DNA of 64,000 nucleotides from the human T2T-CHM13v2.0 reference genome, Homo sapiens (GCA_009914755.4 CP068257.2:32096001-32160000), one strand, 5' to 3'; counted from the first letter of the stretch, positions 35,551 to 50,744 are shown. Notes: generated from the letters alone by a model not told the origin. Made by a program: numbers and translations.

Positions 35551-35923
35551 TTACTAGTTTTCAAAGTAGTAAATTGATTGCCTTAGTGTCCTCCTTTTTT
35601 GACCAGTTAGGATTTTATTTATTTTTAAATATCATTTTGAACTCATGGATTTAATTATATTTGAGCCTTTAAGTCCACTGCAGTTATTATTCTTTTTGAT
35701 TCTCATCTTGTTTGTTCTGTCTTCAGGTTGAGTCTTGAGTCCTTTTGATGTGATCCTTGACATAATTTTTGTTACTCTTTAAAATGATTAACTTGAAGCC
35801 CTATTTTAATTGGAATATATTACAGCTGGAAAGTGATTTTCTTTAAGCAGTACTGGGTTAATTATTATTCAGTGTTGAAATGTGATTGGATGTGAATGGT
35901 GTTGAGCTGTTTTTTCTTCATAG

Positions 35924-36103
35924 GTATGGGAGGTATCGCCAGCATGCCACCGCTTACAGCTGTTGCTCCAGTGCCAATGGGATCCATTCCAGTTGTTGGA
36001 ATGTCTCCAACCCTAGTATCTTCTGTTCCCACAGCAGCTGTGCCCCCCCTGGCTAACGGGGCTCCCCCTGTTATACAACCTCTGCCTGCATTTGCTCATC
36101 CTG
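35924..36103 (+). CDS. ITSN1: ITSN1 coding exon (180 nt, phase 1-1): (G)[59 protein letters not shown](A); Pro/Val-rich inter-EH linker
   Basis: Acceptor ttttcttcatag|GTATGG. Donor CCTG|gtatgt. Matches ORF-track 35896..36111. Confidence 0.9.
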
Positions 36104-37590
36104 GTATGTGACTTGCTGAAACCATAGGCTGAGTTTTTACTACTTGTATTTTGCTGTTCATTATTAAAATATTTTCTCTTCACGTTCTGATTATGTTTAA
36201 ATGATATTTTAGTCCAGAGGAAAATATCTTTATTTTTTTCACTTGATTTCACATTTTTTCCACTGTATTAAATGGGATATGTTAGTGTGGAGAGAGTCAA
36301 AGAGAATTATAGATTTCTGGGTACCACTGTGGACAAAGGTGAGCTCAGCAGTGAAAGCCACAAATGTAATTTTCTTTCAAGGGCTGAGAAGAGCAATTGA
36401 AGTTGAACTGTAGTTGAACATTTTCTATTTTTATGTATCAGTTACTACTTTTCTTTAGCCACTATGAATTGCTAATAAGCAAGCCAATCCCCTAGGAATA
36501 GAACTATGTTGGGGGTTGTGGGAAAGAATAAAAAAGAACAGTTTATACTATTTTATGGTATTACATGCCTGCTTAATTGAAGGAAAGGATTTAAAAGTTT
36601 CTGGTTTAATTAATTCCACTTTGAGACTTTATTAAGTCTTTTTTCCTTTAGTTAAAGTATAAAACTGTAGATGTAGATAGCCTTGGTCTAACATCTTAAT
36701 GAATTCATATCAATATGGAAAGTATTATTTTTAAAGTACTTTGACTACATCTAAGTAAATTCAGTATTGACGACATGGGTTTTAGCATCATACTTGAAAC
36801 ATTTCTGCGCCTTTGGCCCCCTGAATTTGTTGTATATTTATCAGGATATATATTTAAGTTATGGCCAAATAAGCTAAATGTATCTCCTTTTTTTAGATTT
36901 TTTCTTGTCACATGTAGTTCATCTTGCATATATGACCATGACTGTGGACATGATGGTAGCCCAGAAAGTGTGTGCAGTTGTTTTTCCAGGAGCATAAGCA
37001 AATCCACACACTCTGAGTCTTCTATTCTTTTGTGACTAATGGCACATGTTGCAAGTCGTTTGCCATCAGGCAAGAGTGAGGGAATGTGGCTAAGACGCAG
37101 TGTTTTTTTTCTGACACTCAACTAACCAACCCCAGTGATAATCAGACACAAAAGCTGACCTTCCCTAGTGTCACATGTTATCTGGCCAAGACTACAGTTT
37201 GTGACTTCTTGGCTCTTACATCTGGAACTAATACTTCAGCTCCTTCAGTGCAGTGAATAAAATACCATTTTATATATTTAAGCTGTTACCTCTTTAACTG
37301 TTGGAATAGGTCCTATAAAATGTGATACAAAATGTTTAATGAAGAGTAAAATTTTATGGAAATCAGCATTACTACATAGTAAGGTGATTTTCAGTAGAAC
37401 AAGTAAATCTAGAAACCTTTTTGGCAGGAGGACAGAGGGTAAGGAGGGAAAAGCTCTTTTCAGTCTAGGCTGGCAAGAAGGGGGAATTATTTCTGCCTCA
37501 GATTTGTTGACTGTGCATTTTAATTTTTGTAAATTGGGGAAAGTTTCTTATCTTTGTAGAATTAAAATTATTCAACATTTATTTTTACAG

Positions 37591-37687
37591 CAGCCACATT
37601 GCCAAAGAGTTCTTCCTTTAGTAGATCTGGTCCAGGGTCACAACTAAACACTAAATTACAAAAGGCACAGTCATTTGATGTGGCCAG
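37591..37687 (+). CDS. ITSN1: ITSN1 coding exon (97 nt): (A)[31 protein letters not shown](S)
   Basis: Acceptor atttttacag|CAGCC. Donor GCCAG|gtaagt. Frame consistent (G+CA=Ala; AG+T=Ser). Confidence 0.9.
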
Positions 37688-38386
37688 GTAAGTTTGCTTG
37701 TTTTTAAATGGGAAGTTTGGTTAAGGCCATTACCTGATTAAATCATAAATTTGACCATGAATCATCTATATTCTTTTTGTTGTTGTCATCTTTTTTGTAG
37801 GCTTTTGTAGAGTGCTAATAATAATTTTCTTAATTTCTGGATAGTGTCACTAGTTTTTATCATTAATTTGTTGCAGAGATGAGAGAAATCAAGGACATAA
37901 CATTTCCTTAAAGGCTTTGTGTATTTTTTTTTTTTTAAAGAGGATAACAAATGGATAGTAATAAAATGTTTAAAAACAGTAAGATAAAATTCTGGGTATA
38001 AGGGAAAAAAGCAAATGAACTATTTTATGTGTTTATGATTTACAAGTTTATGTATAAAATTTTTGTATGAAGATTGGAGTTATAGTTGGCCTTATTTTTA
38101 ATTCTATCTCAGATAATCTTGTGGAGTTTATATGGGTAATTAGTAAAATCCTATTAAAGACGATTTATTATGAAAAGAATTATCCAGATAGTGGACAATT
38201 CACATTAATCAAATGTGTGGCTCAATTTTATTAAAGCTGACATGACATTATTGCTTATGTTTTGGCCAACCTTGGTTTCAATTATTACCTTTCATATTTT
38301 TATTTTACTCCTATGTTTTACCCTTGCATACTGCTACATTAAGAAGAGAAATTAAGTCTCTTTTAAGCCATCTCAGAACTTTTGGG

Positions 38387-38620
38387 CCGGGTGTGGTGGC
38401 TCACACCTGTAATCCCAGCACTCTGAGAGGCTGAGGCAGGAGGATCGCTTGAGCTCATGAGTTTGAGACCAGCCTGGGCAACATAGGGAGACCTTGTCGA
38501 TACAAAAATTTAAAAATGAGATGGGAGGATGGCTGGAGCCAGGGAGATCGAGGCTGCAGTAAGCTGTGATTGTGCCACTGCACTCTTGCCTGGGTGAGCC
38601 TGCCTAAAAAAAAAAAAAAA
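38387..38620 (+). mobile_element. Alu with internal deletion, sense
   Basis: ggccgggtgtggtggctcacacctgtaatcccagcactctgagaggctgaggcaggaggatcgcttgagctcatgagtttgagaccagcctgggcaacatagggagacc...gaggctgcagtaagctgtgattgtgccactgcactcttgcctgggtgagcctgcctaaaaaaaaaaaaaaa. Confidence 0.8.
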
Positions 38621-39262
38621 GCTTTTGGAATTTATCCTGTCTTATGTCAATCCTCACTAGAAATTGTTAAGTGAATCAAGTCATTTTCCCACTTTCAAGA
38701 GAAAAGCATGTTGAATATAATTCAGTGATGCCTTCATTACCTTTTAAAAATGATTTAAAGAAAATCCATAAACTGAAAAGCACTGTGCCAAAAGCTTTAC
38801 ATTAACTCATTCTTCCCCATGAGATGATTCTGTTACTCTCTGTTATAGATGAGGGACAAGCTCAGAGACATTATGTTACTCGTGCAACAGAACGTAACTC
38901 ATAAGTGACAGAGCTGAGTCAAACTGAGATGTCTGATTTTAAGGCGTGTGTTCTTAACTATGCAAGTTTTCTCTAAAAAACTTAATTGTAGGATACAGGT
39001 ATTTATTTGTGTTCCATTTAATTGCGGTTTTACCCTTAAGATGCCTCAATATGTATTGGGCATCTACTTTGCCAGGCACATCATTAATCCTATTCAACCC
39101 CATAGCTACCTATGCAGTAGATGTCTCAAGATGGTGCATGAGGAAGCACACCCAGAGAAGCTCTAGTCCTCACCCATAGTTTACAGCTTAGTGCATGGTG
39201 GAGCTGAGAGTTAAACCTATATCATCTTACACTAAGTTCCTTTTTAAAAAAAATTCTCCTGG

Positions 39263-39652
<390 letters not shown>

Positions 39653-41077
39653 TTAGAATGAACTATCAGTATTAGTGAACATTAGTGCTATTGAAACAAC
39701 TGTTTTATGTTGTCACCTTTTTAATAACTTAAATTTCTAGCCAATTTTTGCAATGCAGTATTGAACTTTTGGGTACATCTTCATGAGTTTTTAGTCTATT
39801 TAAATTCTCAGGAATTTGGCAGAAAACTCTGATGTGATAAGTGTAATCTGGGACAACTTGTGTATGTAACACCCAACATTCCTGGCGTGTAGCAACTAGA
39901 TAGTTAGCTTCTTGACAAATAGGTGGGAGTTGGAATCAGCAAAATATTAGTTAGTTAACATGAGAGGGTTGGTGCAGAAGTACCCACAGCAGAATAGATC
40001 ATGGTAAGTGTTTTTTATTAAGAAATTCATAAAAATTGAAAAAGGTGAATTCATATAAGTACTTCTCGAGTGTTTGGGAGGTATTTCCTATACTTGAACT
40101 GTATATAATAGATATAAGTGCATAGATAACACATGGAAATGATGATTAAAAAGTTCAGTATTTCAGTAAGATTGTGCTTTTACATGTTTGAATAGATATT
40201 TTTGTTGAAGTGAAATTGCAGACAGAGCATTAGCTGTAATCTGTCCTGGAAGGGGAATGCCAGTTTTACTGTCTGAGCTCAGCCATTGGGTTTAATTCAG
40301 ATGTCGAAGCTTAACAAGCCATTGGTACCAGTGTGATATTTGTGTGGACAGTGGCATCTGAGGAACTAATCACTAAGGAAGTGTAGACGCAGCCTAACTA
40401 CTGGCAAGTGTGTCCTTGGTCCAGCTCAGGATTGTGGCACATTGGCAAGGAGAGATCAGTATTGGATTGTAGTCGAGAAAGTGAAGCTGTCTCCATTCCC
40501 ACTCTGCTTATGTGTGACCATGGAAATGTTCTGTTCTCTCTCTCTCTGGGAAACTGTCCAATGGGTCTGAATTTAAACTTACCAGAATGGAGTAATTTCA
40601 CTTCATTAAGAAATGGGTCCTGTATATTCACGTATAGAAAGTTAAAACATTTTGGAGAATTAGTACCTTTAAAGGCAGTTATTGGTTTGCTTTTAGCATT
40701 GCTTTTTAACCAAAAAAGAAGTGTTTTAGAAATTAGAATAGCCTGGACATTATTGTTTTACCTCAGTTACAAGAGGTTTTTCATACTTTTATAGAACCTT
40801 TAAATTATTATATATACAACTTGAAACAGCCTCTCAGTCTATTGTGTTTATCCATGATTCTGGAAAAATAATTATCTATTTGAGGGAAATGTTTATGATC
40901 TTAAAAATGGGAAATACCCATGGCAAAAAAAATCAGAAGTAGTGATAATAAAATGAATAAAATATGAAAGTTAGAGATGATTATCTAGAGAAGTTCTTAG
41001 TTTACTGTCATTAAGGAACTTTACCAGGCTGTTCCTTATGGATAATCCTCTTTCTCTCCTTTTTCTTTTCCCCACAG

Positions 41078-41178
41078 TGTCCCACCAGTGGCAGAGTGGG
41101 CTGTTCCTCAGTCATCAAGACTGAAATACAGGCAATTATTCAATAGTCATGACAAAACTATGAGTGGACACTTAACAG
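41078..41178 (+). CDS. ITSN1: ITSN1 coding exon (101 nt): (S)[33 protein letters not shown](G); start of EH domain 2
   Basis: Acceptor ttttccccacag|TGTCCC. Donor ACAG|gtattt. Confidence 0.9.
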
Positions 41179-41804
41179 GTATTTACAAATAAAAATTAGT
41201 GAAATATGATCTTTGTTTTCAATGTAAACTGTTTCTAGATATTGGGTCATAGATATTTTCCATGTCTGTGTGCTTATTTCTTGGCAGTGTTTCCTTTGTC
41301 TCTGTTATCTCATGTTCTTATCCACTGATAACTCTTTACATAGTTATATCATTCTCTCATGCCCCATTGCTTTGTGGTAAAATGGAATATAGACCAGGGA
41401 TACTCCTGTACGCTGAAAGCCACTGATATGCAAATCAAGGCACTAGCAAAGAAACACTTCTTTGAACAAAAACTAGCTTCAACTTCTGAAGTCCAGCTTT
41501 GAACTTGATGAACTTGAAGCTGTCTGTTCACTAGGTTAGAGTTGGAGGCAGCAGGCAGGGTAAAAGCAGGGAGTTGAGAACATGGCTCTGTCTCAGATAA
41601 CTGCCTAGATAGGGCTCACCACTTTGGATATTTCTTTATCTATTAATATAAAAGGCCAGAGTTAACTTAGGTGATCTCAATGGATTTTTTTAAAAGAAGA
41701 ATGATTCTGTTATCTACGTCAGAAGGATAGACAGGAATTTTAGCATACTGTTCAAAATTTTTCTCACGAAGGTTTAAATACTTGTTAGAAAGTTATAAAG
41801 AAGG

Positions 41805-42090
41805 CTGGGTGCAGTGGCTCACGCCTGTAATCCCAATCCCAGCCCTTTGGGAGGCTGAGGCGGGTGGATCACCTGAGGTCAGGAGTTCAAGACCAGCCTG
41901 GCCAACATGGTCTCTACTAAAAATACAAAAATTAGCCGGGTGTGGTGGTGGGCACCTGTAATCCCAGCTACTGAGGCAGGAGAATTGCTGGAACCTGGGA
42001 GGCGGTTGCAGTGAGTCAAGATCATGCCACTGCACTCCATCCTGGGCTGCAGAGTGAGACTCCGTCTCAAAAAAAAAAAAAAAAAAAAGA
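41805..42090 (+). mobile_element. Alu (small internal deletions), sense. About 630 bp downstream of the 41078-41178 exon.
   Basis: ggctgggtgcagtggctcacgcctgtaatcccaatcccagccctttgggaggctgaggcgggtggatcacctgaggtcaggagttcaagaccagcctggccaacatggtctctactaaaaatac...ctgggctgcagagtgagactccgtctcaaaaaaaaaaaaaaaaaaaa. Confidence 0.85.
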
Positions 42091-42552
42091 AAGTTATAAA
42101 GAAAAGCATAACTTTAATGAAAGAAAATAGAGACCTCTGATATGAATATTAAATGTTAAAGGGAAAAACTAACTGCCCTCTAACAAATATGAAAGGAAGG
42201 GAAAAAAATTAGGTTTCCTGTGTGGTGGAGTGGGGTAAGGGGAGGATTATAATCCAAAACACTTTTAAGAAATGATTCTTACTATTTTTTCCTTGCTATT
42301 ACTTAAAATTGCAATTTTTACTCCCAAAAGAAAAAAGGTATCTTATGTTTAAAAATGTCAGAGTTGGACGAGATTTTGAAGGGTTCTAATCTAATCTTGA
42401 ACTCTGGTCCCTTTAAGGATCTCAGCAGTCACCCCAAATAAGCATGTATTTATGTTTGAATGGGTGAATAGTAAATACACACAGATTCTCGATGTGTCAT
42501 ACTGCCTCATAAAGCAGTAGCTGTCAAAACCAGCCTACCTTATGCAGGCTCT

Positions 42553-42848
<296 letters not shown>

Positions 42849-43667
42849 CTGAAGGTATATTTAATAGCATATTTTTAAGTACTGTTTTACATGGTTTGTT
42901 TGACACCAGTGCTCCATACAAACCCAGAACTACATTGCCAATGAATCCAAAAATATTTCTTGAAAACGTTGGTGTTTGCTGTGAGTTGATTAAAATAGTA
43001 TTCAATTGAGACATTGATTGAGAAATTCTCTCTTTCTTGGTGGGATGTGTGTTTTATGAATGAAATGCAGTATCTACATTCCAAATATAATGACCCAGGC
43101 ACTTGAGCATTTAGAACTTTTAAATATCTGAGGCAGAAAGTAAAATTTGAAATATACTGGAAAGAAAGCAGATTTTGATATTGTTTATCTGCATACTTAT
43201 TGCTACTTTGATCCAGCAAGAATTTAAGGTGGGAATTTTACTTTTGAGCCAGACCTTTGTATAGTCATGTCAAGTAGAATAATTTATTACAGTAAATTTT
43301 AAAATGGGAATAAACAATAGAAATTTAATTTTTTTTCCCTTTATGTACTTAGGAATCAATATGAAGTATGTTTTATACTAAATTAGAATGTTGATGGAAA
43401 CAGCTGATTTGTTGAGGTGGATGGAACATAAAGGTCATTGTCTTGATCACAATTATAAAAATAATTTTATGAAGTCAGAATCCCCAAAGCAGTTCACTCA
43501 GCTGCAGGAGAAGCAAAATATCAAGAAAGTTGAGAAAAGGTTTCAGTATATAACATGGCCCAAAAGAAATATATAATTTATATTTGTAATCTCTTGTTTT
43601 TCATCCTTCTTGCTTTTGTTTTTTGTGGGTTTTTGTTTTCAGGAGCTAAAAAGCACTTCTTTTCTTT

Positions 43668-43938
43668 CTTTTTTTGAAACAGAGACTTGCTTTGTTACCC
43701 AGGCTGGAGTGCTGTGGTGCGATAGTAGCTCACTGCAGCCTTGAACTCCTGGGCTCAAGCAATCCTCTCACCTTAGCCTCCTGAGTAGCAGGGACTACAG
43801 GCGTGCATGCACCACCACACCTGGCTAATTTTTTTAAAAAAGTTTTCTTTAGAGGTGGGATCTTTGTTGTCCAGGCTGGTTTTGAACTCCTGACCTCAAG
43901 CAGTCCTACCACCTTGTCCTCCCAAAGTACTGGGATTA
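43668..43938 (-). mobile_element. AluJ-like, antisense; first of tandem pair
   Basis: tttttttgaaacagagacttgctttgttacccaggctggagtgctgtggtgcgatagtagctcactgcagccttgaactcctgggctcaagcaatcc...caaagtactgggattacaggcac. Confidence 0.8.
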
Positions 43939-44205
43939 CAGGCACCCAGGCTGAAGTACAGTGACATAATCATGGTTCACTGCTGCCTGGATTTCCCAGG
44001 CTCGGGGGATCCTCCCACCTCAGCCCCCAAGTAGCTGCGACTACAGGCATGTGCCACCATGCCCAGCTAATTTTTTGTAGAAACTGGGTTTTGCCATGTT
44101 CCCCAGGCTGGTCTCGAACTCCTGAGCTTAAGCGATCTGCTTACCTCTGCCTCCCAAAGTGGTGGGATTATAGGCGTGAGCCACCGCGTCTGGCCTTAAT
44201 AGTGG
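43939..44205 (-). mobile_element. Alu (tail-less), antisense; second of tandem pair
   Basis: ccaggctgaagtacagtgacataatcatggttcactgctgcctggatttcccaggctcgggggatcctcccacctcagcc...caaagtggtgggattataggcgtgagccaccgcgtctggcc. Confidence 0.8.
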
Positions 44206-44824
44206 CACTGTTTACCCCACTGACTATCTGGGTTGATTTAGCCGATACATCCTGTTGGACACCCTGTTCTTCCTTCATGGCTTGATGTGTAACTGTTGCA
44301 TGCCCTTAAAAGAGACTGCCTTATAAAATAGAGAGGGATCATTCTTTAATTAAGGTTATGTAAGAAGCTCTAGAACTCTGGTATTCCTGTTAATAATGCT
44401 AGCCCTTCTTCTCAAAGAGGTATTTTATTGTTGCATTCTGAAACAATGAATATGCTATTTGGTAATTCATCTATTAATCAGAAAAGCTAAAGTCTTAGTC
44501 ATTGTTTTAAATAAAGCTCATTTCATGTAGTTACTCTCTCCTTTCTAGCCATACTTCCCTGCCCAAACATGGATGCCAGAAGTGGGGTTTGTGTGCTTGG
44601 GATTTCTGGTTTTATTCCTATGTTCCCTTATAAGCCAGTACTCCAAAACCGATATCCCTTTATGTACCTAGGTTTCCACAGAAGAGTTCTGTGCACTCAA
44701 AGCTCAACTGTGTGTTGTCCAAATGTGCTAAGATGCTATCTTAGCTGTTGCTGATCTATTTTTAATATTTTGCAACATTGATTTAGGACATATGTAGACA
44801 AATAGTAGAATTACAAGAGATAAT

Positions 44825-45060
44825 TGTGATCTTCTAGTGTGGGGATTGGCAAACATTTTCTGTAAAGAATAGCACAATAAATATTTTAGGCTCATAGGTC
44901 ATATGTTCTCTGCTGCAACTACTCAACTTTGCCATCGTAGCATGACAACAACCATATATCATGCTTATATCAGTGGATATGGCTGTTTTAATAAAACTTT
45001 GCTTACCAAAACAGGCAGTGGGCCAGATCTGGCCTAAGGGCTATAATTTACCAATCCCTG
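44825..45060 (+). mobile_element. MER5A-like hAT DNA-transposon relic (copy 1)
   Basis: ggggattggcaaacattttctgtaaagaatagcacaataaatattttaggctcataggtcatatgttctctgctgcaactactcaactttgccatcgtagcatgacaac...gctgttttaataaaactttgcttaccaaaacaggcagtgggccagatctggcctaagggctataatttaccaatccctg resembles the MER5-type consensus (ggcaaac...ttctgtaaagggccagatagtaaatattttaggcttt...caataaaactttatttacaaaaacaggc...ggccagatttggcc...). Family name is from memory. Confidence 0.45.
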
Positions 45061-45324
45061 TTGTAGATTATTTTCCTCATTTCACAGATGGAAGAACTTC
45101 ATTTTAGAAAGTTAAAGTAGTTTTGTTAATGTCACATGCCATTAGGGAGTCAGGACTAGAATCCAAGTCCCCTGATATCCAGGTTTAGAGCTAGTTCTTC
45201 ACATTTATTGTTAGGCTTTTTATGTGTAATAGATAAAATATTAACTTCCTTTTTTATAGTTCTGGAGTAAGGGCAATTGTTACAAGTGTAAATTAAATCA
45301 CCCACTAAAGTTTTGTTAATTCTA

Positions 45325-45920
<596 letters not shown>

Positions 45921-46854
45921 GAATGGACAATGAATTAGGATGTAATGACACAATGATACACTCCATAGCAGTGAGGATTAATGTTCTACAACTCTACACG
46001 ACAATATATTGAGCAAAATAAGCCAGGTGGAACAGCGGACAGGCTATTTGGTTAGAAGTTAGGCTACCTTGGTGGTAGCTGAGTCTAAAAGAGAGGCAAA
46101 TAGGGGCATCTGGGGTGCGATTATACTCTCTTTCATGACCTCCATAGTGTTTGAGTATTTTCACTTTGGAAAATTAATTCAGCTGTGTACATGTGCACAT
46201 GTATATATCCACATGTATCCGTATGTGTGCTTTTCTGTCAGGATTTTATATGTAAATAAAAGTTGAACTATTGTCAGTAATGTTACCTGCCATTAGAGCA
46301 CCTCTCATGTGCTAATGTGATGCTAAGCTCATTGCCCCAATGGATCATAGACTGGTTTATCTGAAATGAGCAAACTAGGATCCAGACTACCTGGCCCAGT
46401 CACTCAGCAAAGTCTAGACTAAGCCAGGACTAGAGCCTACAGCTCCTTGGTTCCCTGACCTCTACTGCTGGCCATGCAAAAACACATCCAGTTTTGTGGT
46501 TTTTGATGAGGTGACGTTTGAATAAAGAAATAGCAAAAAGCAAAAACATATACACCAGAATCTTCCCAACAAAATTGCCACAGCCTTCCATTCCTCTGTC
46601 CAGCAGTCTTCCTGGGACCACATCTTGAGAGGCAGTGCTGGAAAGGAAGACGTATTTATTTCTCCCTCTCTGACTGTAGTTTATTTAAACTGAGTCTCCT
46701 ACTGTGCGTTTGTCTGATGTCTAAGGCCACTTTCATACCAGAAGTGAAGATGTTTATGATTATTTTAAGAAATGAGAGCTTATTTTGAGAGAAGAGTAGA
46801 AATTCCAGGAATTCTTCTTTTTTTTTTTTTTCTTGGCTAACATAGGAAATGTGT

Positions 46855-47150
46855 TTTGTTTTGTTTTTTTAATTGAGACAGTGTCTCACTCTGTTGCCCA
46901 GGATGGAGTGCAGTGGCATAATCTTGGCTCACTGCAGCCTCCGCCTCTGGGGCTCAAGCGATCCTCCTACTTCAGCATCCCGAGTAACTGTGACCACAGG
47001 CTCATGCCACCATTCCCAGCTAATTTTTTGCACTTTTGGTGGAGATGGGGTTTTGCCATCTGGTCTTGAACTCCTGAGCTCGAGCCATCTGCCTGCCTCA
47101 GCCTCCCAGAATGCTGGGATTACAGGCACGAGTGACCACACCAGGCTGGA
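46855..47150 (-). mobile_element. Alu (diverged), antisense
   Basis: tttgttttgttttgtttttttaattgagacagtgtctcactctgttgcccaggatggagtgcagtggcataatcttggctcactgcagcc...cccagaatgctgggattacaggcacgagtgaccacaccaggc. Confidence 0.8.
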
Positions 47151-47703
47151 AATGTGTTTTAATCCTGGCTATTAGCGCTTCCTGCAACTTTTTTTTTTTT
47201 TCTTTTTAAGTCTGTTTAGTGAAACAGTTTCCCGGAGATCTCTCCGAGGTCCCTTCCTCCTCTAAGATTCTCCGAATCTTCCCTGAATTTGCCTGAGGTT
47301 GAGCAGGGTGGAGACAGCAGGTGGTAGCAGCGGCAAAAGATGTTAAACTTAAAGAGAATAACTTTCAAGTTTGTAAATAAAGCCCAATACAAATAAAGAT
47401 GGTAATGTGGACAAAAGGTCAGGTTATATTTTGAAACTCTAAATCTTTCACATGGTCATTCTTTATCAAACATCCATTTAACAAAAATTTATTATGTGTC
47501 AGATGCTGTGCTCTGTGTTTCTCCTCTTTTTCATTGGGGCTTAATTTCCTTTTTACAAAGCCCCTGCGGTAGTAGCAAATGTTATTTAAAGCATTGTGAT
47601 TGCATGAGGTCATGGAGTAGTCCACATACGCAGAACCCTGGTCCTCCTGTACAGTGAGTATTTGCTGACTCATCTGTATGTCCTTTTCCTGGTTCCTGTT
47701 TAG

Positions 47704-47767
47704 GTCCCCAAGCAAGAACTATTCTTATGCAGTCAAGTTTACCACAGGCTCAGCTGGCTTCAATATG
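47704..47767 (+). CDS. ITSN1: ITSN1 coding exon (64 nt): (G)[20 protein letters not shown](W); EH2
   Basis: Acceptor ttcctgtttag|GTCCCC. Donor ATATG|gtaagg. Confidence 0.9.
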
Positions 47768-47998
47768 GTAAGGAATGAAAAGTTCTTTGGTTTGGATAAA
47801 GTGGAAACTTGGTTAGATTGGTGTGGCCTCATGGGTTTTAGATTAATACCGTTTTTTATGGGGGAATATGTAGAATTTGCTTAATTTCAGTGAGTTGTAA
47901 TGATTGCCTCTTTTATAATACTATTTCCCCTCTCAATTTTGAAAAATACAAAAGCAGATTAATACAATAAATTCTGAAGGAGTGATAATACAACTTAA

Positions 47999-48349
<351 letters not shown>

Positions 48350-48454
48350 TGATTATTTTAAGCCAAATCTTAGTTATTATATAATTTCTACTGCAAATAT
48401 TTTAGCTTTTATCTTCAAAAGAGAGGGATTTTCCTTTTTTTCATTCATTATTAT

Positions 48455-48750
48455 TATTATTACTTTTGAGATGGAGTCTCACTCTTTCATCCAGATGGCA
48501 GTGGTGCCATCTTGGCTCACTGCAACCTCCACTTCCCAGGTTCAGCCTATTCTCCTGCCTCAGCCTCCTTAGTAGCTGGGACTGCAGGCATGAACCCCCA
48601 CGCTTGGCTAATTTTTGTTTTTTTAGTAGAGACAGGGTGTTGCCATGTTGGCCAGGCTGGTCTCGAGCTCCTGACCTCAGGTGACCTGCCCACCTCAGCC
48701 TCCCAAAATGCTGAGATTCCGGGGGTGAGCACTGCGCCTGACCGACTTTC
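48455..48750 (-). mobile_element. Alu (diverged), antisense, preceded by (ATT)n
   Basis: ttattattattattacttttgagatggagtctcactctttcatccagatggcagtggtgccatcttggctcactgcaacc...cccaaaatgctgagattccgggggtgagcactgcgcctgacc. Confidence 0.8.
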
Positions 48751-49008
48751 TTCTTAGCACAGTCATAACAGCAATAGCTCACCTAAGTTTTTCAGTAGTC
48801 ATCCTTATCATTAAATTAATCAGGGAATGTTCACATTCCTTAGAGTGCCTCAGAATGTTTTTATAGTTCATTTGTTCAGCTCAGGACTGAAATAAGCCTG
48901 TATTTTGCAATACTTGAGTTTTCCATCTTTTATGTCTCCTTTAATCTATAAATTTCCCCTTGTCTTGTTCTCTGCTTCTTTTCCCAAGTCCCCCAGGCCG
49001 CCCCCCAA

Positions 49009-49034
49009 CCAAAAAAAAAAAAAAAAAAAAAAAA
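49009..49034. repeat. Poly(A) tract (~26 nt) not attached to a recognisable SINE body
   Basis: cccccaaccaaaaaaaaaaaaaaaaaaaaaaaactccgtt read directly. Confidence 0.7.
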
Positions 49035-50129
49035 CTCCGTTAAAAACAAACCAGATCATTTGTCCTGTAGTTTCTTAATGGCTTAACTTTTGAAGAGTGC
49101 GTCACTGTGGGATTGTCTAATTTGTTTCTGTATTTCCTGTAAATTGATAATTAGATCTAGAGCAAAGTTTCCCAACCCCAGCACTATTGACATTTTGGGC
49201 CCGATAAATCTTTGTTGTTGGGGGATGTCCTGTATACTGTAGGATGTTCAGTAGCATCTGTGGCCACTACTCACTGGATGCTAGATGCCAGTAGCATGAG
49301 CTCCACACCCAGCATGACAATCAGAAATGTCTCCAGACTTTGATAGATGTGCCTTGGGGTACAAAATCTTCCCTGGTTGAGAATTGCGGATCAGATTTGA
49401 TTTTTTTTTTTGTTTTGTTGTTTTGTTTTTGATAAGACTGTGCCAGAGAGGTCTCTGTGTACTCTCCTCAAAAGGCACATAATGTCTCTATTGTGTAATG
49501 ATTTTGAATAGCTATCGATGAGCATTGCCTGGGTCCTACAGGCTTCCTTAAATTTAAATGTTAACTAGAATGGTTTCTTAAGAAGTGTGCATGTTATAGC
49601 TGTATGTTGGTGATTGTCCCTGGAAAATAAACTTTGTCTACAAGACTCACTGCAAAGTTCGTGATTTTCTTGCAGGCCACATTGATAGGGTTGTTTCACA
49701 AATGATCAAGCTCTAATGCAGCTTCCTTTGCCCTTCTCTTCCCTTCTGTTTTGTATGAAAGAGCTTGCCTTTGGCAGTAGACCAGACCAGTTAATAAACA
49801 TCTTATATCTTTGACACACCCAGAACTCTTTAAATCAGGGTATTGAACAGTATCCTAGGGCCCCCTGAAATATAAACTTAAGATCTAACATTAATGGAGG
49901 TTGGTTGACAATTTATTAGGTTGTTCTCATGATACCAGATTATATTGAAATATTTATTTTAAATTTCTCATTTATAACTTATCCTATTTGAGAAAAACGC
50001 TTGAGGCTTCTTCTGTTAGAATGTTATATTCTGGTGCTACACACTAAAAAAGATATTTTAATTAAATGCTTATAATCATAATTTAGGTAAGTGTGGTGAA
50101 AAAACAAGAATTTCAGCCACCTTCTAACT

Positions 50130-50465
50130 GGTTTACCTAGGACTGGCTAATTGTGAGACACAAAAAGGAACAGAATAAGGAAGAGCGGGCAGGGGTTTCA
50201 TTTTATTTCATTTGCATTTCTTTTTAAAACTGGGTATCTTGCATATGGGTATCTTGCAAAACTAGAGGAACAGAAAAAAGATCAGCAGTTGCCAGGGGAT
50301 GGGGGCAAAGGAGGGAGTTGCTACAATCAGATGTGGAATTTTAGGTAGAGCTGACACTATTCTGTATGTTGTGGTTCATGTTTGTCAAAACTCTCAGACC
50401 TATACTCTAGAAGGTGTGCATTCTACTTTATGGAAATTATAACAAAAAAAGTTTATAGCACCTAA
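50130..50465 (+). mobile_element. Old L1 (L1M-like) 3'-terminal fragment, sense
   Basis: ...gatcagcagttgccaggggatgggggcaaaggagggagttgctacaatcagatgtggaattttaggtagagctgacactattctgtatgttgtggttcatgtttgtcaaaactctcagacctatactctagaaggtgtgcattctactttatggaaattataacaaaaaaagtttat parallels the L1 3' end (...gattagtggttgccaggggctggggg...gttgcacaacaatgtgaatgtacttaatgccactgaactgtacacttaaaaatgg...). Confidence 0.55.
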
Positions 50466-50744
50466 GGAAATTTCAGAATTAAGAAGGTTTCTTAATTTTT
50501 GGCATTGGCAAAACCAGTTTCCCATTGCATTTGTCCTGTTGACATTCTAGTGAATGGATGTGTTGTCATGTATCTTCTTTTGATGGTCCAGAAATTGTTT
50601 AGTAAAATCACATTCTTGGACTTGCCAGGAGAATGTTTGCTGTAATTAGCTACTTGGGCAAGTTCATTATGAAGAATGATGGAGATTGAATCCTGAGATT
50701 GAGGAAGAGGAAACACTTAGACTCTGTGGCTGGAGTTCATAAAG

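Noticed and set aside
36705-37121. 138-aa ORF on the - strand in the unique intron between the 35924 and 37591 exons
   Set aside because: No homology I can recognise and no splice or promoter context. The reciprocal + strand ORF 36775..37035 is equally long, which is typical of chance ORFs in intronic sequence.
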